Source of the DNA: a virus
Virus record (IMG/VR): IMGVR_UViG_2084038009_000001
Coordinates: 1 to 5,102 of that record
Strand: one strand, 5' to 3'
Length of the DNA stretch: 5,102 bases
Under the pieces are notes generated by a model. That model saw only the letters and a program-made list of their open reading frames with translations. It was not told where the DNA came from and made no database searches. The position numbers and the translations under genes were made by a program. Every line of letters begins with the position of its first letter. The first letter of the stretch is position 1. Below, piece by piece: positions 1-5,029 of this stretch.

Positions 1-443
1 TTCTTTTTATCGCCATATTCACCTACACCGAATACGGAGATTTGGATTTTCTCGTATAGTATTTTCCGTTGATCTTTATTGAAGTTATTCCAGAGTTTTC
101 GTTGGTCCTTCTGGGTGTAAGTAGGAAATTTTTCGTCGAGGAGTTTTTGGAAGTTGAGGTTTCGCAAGGTTTTAAGGAATTTTTGGAAGTCCGCATATTG
201 AAGCCTTTCTGATTTAAGGTTTTCCTCACTATAAGTGAGAGTTATGAATGAATTTTTTTCGTACATCGAAGCTTCGTGTACGCAGCGAATAGCTGTTTGC
301 CGGGCATTTTCAAGCCGGCATGAGATACATTTGCCACAAGGTATTTGAAATGGTGCGTATTGTTTGTTATATTTCTTTGGAGACCAACAAAGGGTCTTTC
401 CGTCGGCTTGAAATCCGACAGTTCGGGGGCTGGTACAGCGCAT
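1..443 (-). CDS. VP4: Replication initiator VP4 (HUH Rep), N-terminal part. This is the wrap-around duplicate of 4587..5029 and is truncated by the window edge.
   Basis: ATG at 443..441 followed by MRCTSPRTVGFQADGK..., identical to the start of ORF 4313..5029. AGGA lies 8 nt upstream. Confidence 0.85.
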   Translation of the reverse strand, partial: MRCTSPRTVGFQADGKTLCWSPKKYNKQYAPFQIPCGKCISCRLENARQTAIRCVHEASMYEKNSFITLTYSEENLKSERLQYADFQKFLKTLRNLNFQKLLDEKFPTYTQKDQRKLWNNFNKDQRKILYEKIQISVFGVGEYGDKK

Positions 444-516
444 TGTACTGGTCCTTTTTTTGTTTAAAGTCTGATTCCGCCACGGAATCTTCGTGGGCTT
501 AATGTGTTCATTACAT
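1..516. repeat. Left copy of the exact 516-nt terminal redundancy (same as 4587..5102). It reflects wrap-around of a 4586-bp circular or concatemeric genome.
   Basis: Reading both copies side by side shows identity at a constant offset of 4586. ORF pairs 23..229/4609..4815 and 320..502/4906..5088 have identical proteins at the same offset. Confidence 0.95.
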
Positions 517-580
517 GGACGCCTGTATTCTTTTTGAAGACCTTTTTAGATACTTGTTTAGAGAGAGCTTTACGTTTCAT
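464..580 (-). CDS. VP8: Small, highly basic DNA-binding/packaging protein of 38 aa, resembling gokushovirus VP8 and phiX174 J. It falls below the ORF-track size cutoff.
   Basis: Manual translation gives ATG 580..578 to TAA 466..464: MKRKALSKQVSKKVFKKNTGVHVMNTLSPRRFRGGIRL. It has 12 K/R in 38 aa and a C-terminal RGGIRL like the RGGIRF ending I recall for Chlamydia-phage ORF8. AGGAAG (590..585) sits 4 nt upstream of the ATG. It lies directly upstream of Rep. Confidence 0.7.
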   Translation of the reverse strand: MKRKALSKQVSKKVFKKNTGVHVMNTLSPRRFRGGIRL

Positions 581-592
581 GGGACTTCCTTT

Positions 593-620
593 CTGACTGT
601 TTTTAAAGGTTAACAGTCAG
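593..620. repeat. Perfect inverted repeat forming a hairpin: 9-bp stem CTGACTGTT/AACAGTCAG with a 10-nt loop.
   Basis: 593..601 is the exact reverse complement of 612..620. It lies between the VP5 stop and the VP8 RBS. Confidence 0.9.
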
Positions 621-621
621 T

Positions 622-655
622 GGGCATAATTACAACAAGGGAGTGTATTATGCCC
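622..655. repeat. Perfect inverted repeat forming a hairpin: 9-bp stem GGGCATAAT/ATTATGCCC with a 16-nt loop.
   Basis: 622..630 is the exact reverse complement of 647..655. It is separated by 1 nt from the hairpin at 593..620. Confidence 0.9.
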
Positions 656-668
656 GCCAACTTTTTTA

Positions 669-926
669 CTAAATTTGGGCTGTTTTAACGCTTACCGCCT
701 TAACTATATGTTGCGGGGTGTCGTTTGGTTTTATTTTTCCGGAAATATCGTCGTATTCTCCGAGGTAGTAGAGATCGAAGTCTTCTGGATATTGATTGAC
801 ATTCGATTTTGGATCATTTGTGAGGGTGTGAAAGCTGCGTTCAGCTTCACCGTGTGTTTTTTGTGTAAAGGGAGGTCCGTAGAACTCACCTTTTGAATCC
901 CTGATTGTGTAGAGCTTAGTTTGCAT
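669..926 (-). CDS. VP5: VP5-like small non-structural protein (gokushovirus ORF5 family), 85 aa.
   Basis: The pattern [16 protein letters not shown]...THGEAERSF...NDP.S....[20 protein letters not shown] matches the recalled ORF5/VP5 consensus (..IYDSKAE.Y..PF....GEA.R.F...VND......HPEDY.L..LG.YDD.TG.). AAGGA (937..933) lies 6 nt upstream of the ATG. Confidence 0.75.
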   Translation of the reverse strand: MQTKLYTIRDSKGEFYGPPFTQKTHGEAERSFHTLTNDPKSNVNQYPEDFDLYYLGEYDDISGKIKPNDTPQHIVKAVSVKTAQI

Positions 927-945
927 TTTGTTTCCTTTGTTAGAG

Positions 946-963
946 ACATGCGCGATTGCATGT
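946..963. repeat. Hairpin ACATGC-gcgatt-GCATGT (6-bp stem) in the leader upstream of VP5.
   Basis: 946..951 is the exact reverse complement of 958..963. Confidence 0.8.
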
Positions 964-970
964 GTCGTTT

Positions 971-985
971 CCTACTATGAGTAGG
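971..985. repeat. Hairpin CCTACT-atg-AGTAGG (6-bp stem), followed on the + strand by a T-rich tract.
   Basis: 971..976 is the exact reverse complement of 980..985. The tract 986..997 reads cttttgtttttg. Confidence 0.8.
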
Positions 986-1030
986 CTTTTGTTTTTGTAA
1001 AGGGTTTGTGTTGTTTTTATTTTGTTTTGT

Positions 1031-1060
1031 TAGGGATCAAGGCCGCAGGCCTTTTCCCTA
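1031..1060. repeat. Extended GC-rich hairpin with 12 bp in two helices: TAGGGA..AAGGCC-gca-GGCCTT.TCCCTA.
   Basis: 1031..1036 pairs with 1055..1060, and 1039..1044 pairs with 1048..1053. The helices are separated by small internal loops. Confidence 0.85.
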
Positions 1061-1094
1061 ATACCCTTATCCTCCAGCTTGAGAGCTGATTTTT

Positions 1095-1109
1095 CGGGGA
1101 GATTCCCCG
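1095..1109. repeat. Hairpin CGGGGA-gat-TCCCCG (6-bp stem).
   Basis: 1095..1100 is the exact reverse complement of 1104..1109. Confidence 0.8.
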
Positions 1110-1158
1110 TTTAGAGCGGGTGCGGGTGCAGCCGCTTAGCTGTGCTGTAGCTCGCTGT

Positions 1159-1250
1159 TATAGTGTTGTGGTGGATATAGTGTTTTTTTAGTGTGGTGGA
1201 TATAGTGTTTTTTTAGTGTGGTGGATATAGTGTTTTTTAGTGTGGTGGTG
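1159..1250. repeat. Tandem direct repeat array. The 25-nt unit is gtggtggatatagtgtttttttagt (coding sense ACTAAAAAAACACTATATCCACCAC), present in about 3.3 copies plus an upstream half unit.
   Basis: Copies at 1168..1192 and 1193..1217 are identical. The copy at 1218..1241 lacks one T. A partial copy gtggtgg lies at 1242..1248. The core tatagtgtt also occurs at 1159..1167. Confidence 0.95.
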
Positions 1251-1301
1251 GAGTAGGGTTTGAACCTACCGGGGGTTACTGCCGGGATTACTCCCGGCCA
1301 G
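1243..1301 (-). other. tRNA-like 3' fragment: a stem-loop, then a canonical T-arm, then an acceptor-like strand ending in CCA. It is not a complete tRNA gene.
   Basis: The - strand reads CTGGCCGGGAGTAATCCCGGCAG-TAACCCCCG-GTAGG TTCAAAC CCTAC-TCCACCA-CCA. The T-arm is 1269..1253, with a 5-bp stem closed by G-C and a 7-nt TTCAAAC loop. I found no D-arm and no complementary TGGTGGA 5' acceptor strand upstream. The first stem-loop has a 6-nt loop, not the 7 nt of an anticodon loop. Confidence 0.4.
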
Positions 1302-1308
1302 TTTTTTT
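1279..1308 (+). terminator. Geometry of an intrinsic terminator (GC hairpin plus T7), but oriented on the + strand and therefore antisense to every gene. It may instead be an ssDNA structural element.
   Basis: CTG-CCGGG-attact-CCCGG-c-CAG occupies 1279..1301 and is followed by TTTTTTT at 1302..1308. In coding sense the A7 run precedes the hairpin, and no U-run follows it. Confidence 0.35.
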
Positions 1309-1332
1309 AAGATACAGGTGGTACTGGTGTTT

Positions 1333-1707
1333 CTATTTTTTTGATGGATCTATGAGTTTTAATTTGATTGCTTCCTCGAGATTCTCCTTTTTTGAGAGGA
1401 AGTTGATTAATTCTTGCGGATTATTTTGAAACCGAAAGCGGGTTTCAGATGGAAGCGTCATGAATGCAGATTCAGCATCTATGACTTTCTGTAGAGATCC
1501 TTGGTAATCTGTAAGATCCGCGAGATCTACATATTTACCAGGGTTACGGGCAAGGTGTTCTACCATTCCCGTTTCATGATACCGTTTCATGATTTGATTA
1601 ATGTCTGTTTCGTCTGCGAATTGCTGTTGGGTTAATGAGGGATCGAAATTATCCGTTCCCTTTATTACTTCGCGTCTTCTTTGAATTCCTCGTAGTTCGT
1701 TGTGCAT
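1333..1707 (-). CDS. VP3: VP3 internal scaffolding protein, 124 aa.
   Basis: PSLTQQQFADETDINQIMKRYHETG...DYQGSLQKVIDAESAFMTLPSETRFRFQNNPQELINFL matches the recalled gokushovirus VP3 pattern (PS.TQQ.F.DE.DIN.I...Y..TG...DY......A...F..LP...R..F.N.P..F..F). AAGGA lies 9 nt upstream, and the ATG is 1 nt after the VP2 stop. Confidence 0.85.
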   Translation of the reverse strand: MHNELRGIQRRREVIKGTDNFDPSLTQQQFADETDINQIMKRYHETGMVEHLARNPGKYVDLADLTDYQGSLQKVIDAESAFMTLPSETRFRFQNNPQELINFLSKKENLEEAIKLKLIDPSKK

Positions 1708-1708
1708 T

Positions 1709-2395
1709 TTAGTACATCCTTATGTTTGGTTGTCGGGGATTAAATTGATCCCCGTATTTATTTTTTTTGTATTTATTGAATTCATCTTGTGTTTTTGAAG
1801 CTCCGTCTTGCATCCATTCTTTTGTTTTCTTTATTACTGGGCGAATAAGATCGTAAGCGTCGTTTTTAAGTTCCGCTTCGGGAATTCCTTTCCTTTTTAC
1901 CTCGGTGTCTACACCTGCGTTTTTTGCTTGCGCTTGTGCTAGGCCTTTTTGAGCTCTTAGAAGGCCTATTTCTTCGGTTTGTTTTCCGATACCATTGAAT
2001 TTCTCCATAGCGTCGAATGCTCCTGTAACCAGTCCGCCGAAGTTTCCATAAGGATTTTGCATAGTTGCTGATACGGCTGAGCCTTGCGAGCCAGAGGCCG
2101 ATGATCCCGAGGGAGAAGAAGCGCCGCCTTGGGCTGCAAGAATGGGATTTATCCCAGCTGCTTTCAGGTCGGCCGCTTCTCTTTGGTGTGCTGTGTTAGA
2201 CATTCGTTCTTGGAAATTATTTTGGGCTGTTGTCTGACTTGCCTGAAATTGGCGATTAGTTGCAGATTCGGCCATATTCGCTTCCGTTGAACGTTGAGCT
2301 ATTCCTTCGTTTGACGCATTGGTGTCACGTTGACCCTGAGCCCCGATAAGGGTGCCGGCCAATTGGGCGCCGGCTGCCGCTATCATGGGCCACAT
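1709..2395 (-). CDS. VP2: VP2 minor capsid / DNA pilot protein, 228 aa.
   Basis: It has a Gly/Ala-rich hydrophobic N-terminus and the conserved block [27 protein letters not shown] (recalled VP2 motif [12 protein letters not shown]...D...AG.NP.L). Its start overlaps the VP1 stop as TAATG. Confidence 0.85.
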   Translation of the reverse strand: MWPMIAAAGAQLAGTLIGAQGQRDTNASNEGIAQRSTEANMAESATNRQFQASQTTAQNNFQERMSNTAHQREAADLKAAGINPILAAQGGASSPSGSSASGSQGSAVSATMQNPYGNFGGLVTGAFDAMEKFNGIGKQTEEIGLLRAQKGLAQAQAKNAGVDTEVKRKGIPEAELKNDAYDLIRPVIKKTKEWMQDGASKTQDEFNKYKKNKYGDQFNPRQPNIRMY

Positions 2396-3990
2396 TAGAA
2401 GCGTCCTAATGCGATAGGTATGGAATAGGTCATCATTGGTCTAGCGTGTTTGTAGCTCAACCAGAGGTCAACCAGGAGGTCTGGACCCGTATCTATGGAA
2501 AGTGCTCGTCCCATAGGTGTTGTAGAAGTGATGAAAACATCGCCTAGGGTTGGAGTTGAAGCGAATTTTTCTGCTAAGTGCCAGGAATCTAGCGGGGTTG
2601 CGAAGGTCGAATTAAATTCGCCACGTATTTTACTAGGCTTATAACGATACTCGGCATAACGCTCTTGATAACCGAAGACAACGTTGTCGAGAGCTGTTGT
2701 CCCTGTGACATAAATTTCCTTTTTAGTGACACTTTGTTCTCCTAGTTGTTGAAGTTTGGGCCAGAAGATGTCGTAACGGGTGGATTTAAGCCACATACGG
2801 TCGATACCTTGTTGATAGGTAATTTCACCTCGTGCACAAGCGATACCAATTACGTAGCCATGTTCTACAAATGATTTTGTAAAGCCGATTTGACCTCCTG
2901 AAGTACTTGCTGTTGCAAATGCTCCGAGGTTTCCCATAGCATTGGCTCCGCTTGTTGGGCTCGTTTGCGCCACAGGGTGAGAATTGATTCTAGTAGATCC
3001 GCCTCCGAGATACTCAGACCTTTGGAGCCTGAAGTCGGGGCTAGTAACATTGTAGTGAGATTGGAGTATTTCGACATAACGTGTTCCTCCGCGAGCGTCG
3101 AGCTCGAGAATTGATTGTACCTGGAAGGCTTCTCGGACTTGGTTAATGGTAATAGCCGTAGCGCCCGCTAAATTGGCATAAAGGCCAGATGCTCCTGGGT
3201 CTAAAGATAATCCGAAAGTATTAGCTGCATTGACTACACCGCTACCAGCAGTGGAGATACCTTCTGCAGTTGTATGTGAGGTTTGTGTGCCAGCATTGTA
3301 TGCCGTCCATTGCGCGGCCGATGCTGTTCTTAGGACTGGAGCGCTTACTCCTGTCGGGAATGCTACCGCAGTTCCTCTTTGTGGTGCGGGTAAGCAGGTT
3401 GTAAAATAGTCTGGACGTTTATTTCTGAAACGAATCACGTTTTCGGCCATAGTATCAGGGCCGTTATCTAGATCGCATGAGACTGTATTTTGAAGATTTT
3501 GATCACGAAACCATTCGTTCCAGATTTTCCGATACGCTCTGAATGGAAGTGCATTGACATTGATACCAGGTGCGGCAATGCCGGATGGTATTCCCATTTT
3601 ATCAAAGATAGATCCGGCTAAACCGGCTGCTAGAATTACGGGAATAGTAGGGATAGTATAATCGATGCTGTCTCCTGGGTTGTCTTGAGCTCCGCAGAAT
3701 TTTTCCCAGTTTGTCCAGAGCAACCGGTTAGGTACGAAGAAGAAAAAGAAATCCACGTAAAGATTATCCATAAGAGGATGAACGAGTGGAGGAGTACGGA
3801 TAAAAGAATTAACATTAAGGTTGCACGTATCACCTGGAATGATTTCATCAACGAAGAATGGTGTGAGTTCATCGACGTACCATGTGTCTTTTACTCCGTG
3901 TGATCGATCGAATTGGCTTCGCGCCATGTTTACTTGTGGTGTTTGTGCGAATGAGTGTTGATTGTGTCTGTCGCCTAGTCCGTGTCCCAT
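2395..3990 (-). CDS. VP1: VP1 major capsid protein, 531 aa.
   Basis: The N-terminus ...[28 protein letters not shown]..., then [63 protein letters not shown] and [11 protein letters not shown] are typical gokushovirus VP1 signatures. The length is typical (about 530-565 aa). A strong AGGAG lies 5 nt upstream. Confidence 0.92.
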   Translation of the reverse strand: MGHGLGDRHNQHSFAQTPQVNMARSQFDRSHGVKDTWYVDELTPFFVDEIIPGDTCNLNVNSFIRTPPLVHPLMDNLYVDFFFFFVPNRLLWTNWEKFCGAQDNPGDSIDYTIPTIPVILAAGLAGSIFDKMGIPSGIAAPGINVNALPFRAYRKIWNEWFRDQNLQNTVSCDLDNGPDTMAENVIRFRNKRPDYFTTCLPAPQRGTAVAFPTGVSAPVLRTASAAQWTAYNAGTQTSHTTAEGISTAGSGVVNAANTFGLSLDPGASGLYANLAGATAITINQVREAFQVQSILELDARGGTRYVEILQSHYNVTSPDFRLQRSEYLGGGSTRINSHPVAQTSPTSGANAMGNLGAFATASTSGGQIGFTKSFVEHGYVIGIACARGEITYQQGIDRMWLKSTRYDIFWPKLQQLGEQSVTKKEIYVTGTTALDNVVFGYQERYAEYRYKPSKIRGEFNSTFATPLDSWHLAEKFASTPTLGDVFITSTTPMGRALSIDTGPDLLVDLWLSYKHARPMMTYSIPIALGRF

Positions 3991-3995
3991 TTAAT

Positions 3996-4000
3996 CTCCT
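3996..4000 (-). promoter_or_regulatory. Shine-Dalgarno AGGAG for VP1, overlapping the TAG stop of the Rep C-terminal frame.
   Basis: Coding sense reads ATC TAG GAG ATTAA ATG, with a 5-nt spacer to ATG 3990. Confidence 0.7.
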
Positions 4001-4400
4001 AGATTTTTAAGTTAGATTGTAATTGTTCGTTGAATTTTTTTTCGAGTATTTCGTTTCGCATGTAGTTTCGGGTTTTTTGAAGTCCCTTTAAGGAACTTCG
4101 TTTTAAATTACTTTTTTTTTCCTCCAAGGTTATGAGTTCTTCTTTTTTTACTGCTTTGTCGATGTTATCTTGTTTAATTTTGGTAACGTAAGCAACCCAT
4201 TTTTCTGGGTGATGTTGTTTGAACCATTTTTCGTAATACCTAGGTATAGATGTTTTGGTGCCGTCTTTAAGCATGAGATATCCGTGATTAAAGCAATCTT
4301 CCCAATATTTTTCTATCCATTTTTTTCCGATAGCCTGTCTCGTAGACCTTCGACTGATAGGCGTGTAGTCATGAGTGCCGTCTCTTCCGTGTTGGAGTTT
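3999..4400 (-). CDS. VP4: C-terminal half of replication initiator VP4, in the -1 frame relative to 4313..5029. The ATG-delimited ORF in the track is 3999..4274, but the frame is open and family-like back to 4400.
   Basis: Manual translation from 4400 gives KLQHGRDGTHDYTPISRRSTRQAIGKKWIEKYWEDCFNHGYLMLKDGTKTSIPRYYEKWFKQ.... This resembles the recalled VP4 consensus .Y..MSRRPGIG..W..KY..D......G.....PRYY.K. No ATG, GTG or TTG occurs in this frame between 4400 and 4274. Confidence 0.7.
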   Translation of the reverse strand, partial: KLQHGRDGTHDYTPISRRSTRQAIGKKWIEKYWEDCFNHGYLMLKDGTKTSIPRYYEKWFKQHHPEKWVAYVTKIKQDNIDKAVKKEELITLEEKKSNLKRSSLKGLQKTRNYMRNEILEKKFNEQLQSNLKI

Positions 4401-5029
4401 TTAGAAGCATATCTGGCGCAGTAGCCAGCAGATTCGAAAGTGACTGAGCCAAGTTCGCAGATTCCATGTGGCCAGAGTTGCTCAAGAGTTTTTGAATTAT
4501 AAACTTTATCACCTCGATGATTATTATATTTATGGTAGAGGTCGTCAGGCCTCCAGTTAAAGATGAGAGCGTGCCAGTGTGGTCGTTTCTTTTTATCGCC
4601 ATATTCACCTACACCGAATACGGAGATTTGGATTTTCTCGTATAGTATTTTCCGTTGATCTTTATTGAAGTTATTCCAGAGTTTTCGTTGGTCCTTCTGG
4701 GTGTAAGTAGGAAATTTTTCGTCGAGGAGTTTTTGGAAGTTGAGGTTTCGCAAGGTTTTAAGGAATTTTTGGAAGTCCGCATATTGAAGCCTTTCTGATT
4801 TAAGGTTTTCCTCACTATAAGTGAGAGTTATGAATGAATTTTTTTCGTACATCGAAGCTTCGTGTACGCAGCGAATAGCTGTTTGCCGGGCATTTTCAAG
4901 CCGGCATGAGATACATTTGCCACAAGGTATTTGAAATGGTGCGTATTGTTTGTTATATTTCTTTGGAGACCAACAAAGGGTCTTTCCGTCGGCTTGAAAT
5001 CCGACAGTTCGGGGGCTGGTACAGCGCAT
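4313..5029 (-). CDS. VP4: Replication initiator VP4 (superfamily-I HUH rolling-circle endonuclease), N-terminal catalytic part of 238 aa. It terminates prematurely relative to the family.
   Basis: RCR motif I FITLTY (aa 66-71), HUH motif PHWHALIF (aa 150-157, 4559..4582) and the two-tyrosine motif YCARYASK (aa 203-210, 4400..4423) are present, as in phiX174 gpA YVAKYVNK. A Cys-rich stretch PCGKCISCRLENARQTAIRCVHE lies near the N-terminus. Confidence 0.9.
   Translation of the reverse strand: MRCTSPRTVGFQADGKTLCWSPKKYNKQYAPFQIPCGKCISCRLENARQTAIRCVHEASMYEKNSFITLTYSEENLKSERLQYADFQKFLKTLRNLNFQKLLDEKFPTYTQKDQRKLWNNFNKDQRKILYEKIQISVFGVGEYGDKKKRPHWHALIFNWRPDDLYHKYNNHRGDKVYNSKTLEQLWPHGICELGSVTFESAGYCARYASKNSNTEETALMTTRLSVEGLRDRLSEKNG

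Noticed and set aside
320-502. + strand ORFs 320..502 (and its copy 4906..5088), 675..896, 3685..3903 and 4170..4424.
   Set aside because: All are antisense to well-supported conserved genes (Rep, VP5, VP1, Rep C-terminus). Microviridae transcribe a single strand, and the sequences are low-complexity or hydrophobic by-products of the T-rich complement.
1-516. The terminal repeats interpreted as LTRs, IS ends or attL/attR of an integrated element.
   Set aside because: The repeat is direct and exact, and it begins and ends inside coding sequence (mid-Rep and mid-VP8). The unit between copies is a full phage genome, so this is the signature of circular permutation.
620-655. A complete 28-bp dif/XerCD recombination site.
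   Set aside because: Only XerC-arm-like half sites are present. No TTATGTTAAAT-like XerD arm lies at 6-8 bp spacing, and the two arms are 16-18 nt apart.
731-961. 76-aa ORF overlapping VP5 in another frame ([12 protein letters not shown]...). Also the 70-aa ORF 2865..3077 inside VP1.
   Set aside because: Both are Ser/Thr-rich or featureless. The start of the first lies inside the 946..963 hairpin with no RBS. They are most likely chance open frames.
971-1040. Sigma70-like promoter candidates on the coding strand upstream of VP5: TTGATC 1040..1035 with TAAAAA 1019..1014, and TTACAA 1000..995 with CATAGT 979..974.
   Set aside because: The matches are weak (poor -10 hexamers, 15-nt spacers) in an A-rich sequence where such hexamers arise by chance, and the host is unknown. 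They are not strong enough to annotate.
1159-1250. The 25-nt direct repeats interpreted as a CRISPR array.
   Set aside because: The units abut directly with no spacers, there are only about 3 copies, and they sit in a 4.6-kb phage genome with no cas genes.
1230-1340. A complete tRNA gene.
   Set aside because: Only a T-arm, a 3' acceptor-like strand and an atypical stem-loop (6-nt loop, 11-12-nt connector) are present. No D-arm and no complementary 5' acceptor strand (TGGTGGA) were found upstream.
4369-4815. - strand ORFs embedded in Rep in another frame: 4609..4815 (GTG start, basic 68 aa, copy at 23..229) and 4369..4608 (79 aa).
   Set aside because: They have no recognisable Shine-Dalgarno sequence and no family resemblance, and one needs a GTG start. 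Overlapping genes do exist in Microviridae, so they cannot be excluded, but nothing in the sequence supports them.
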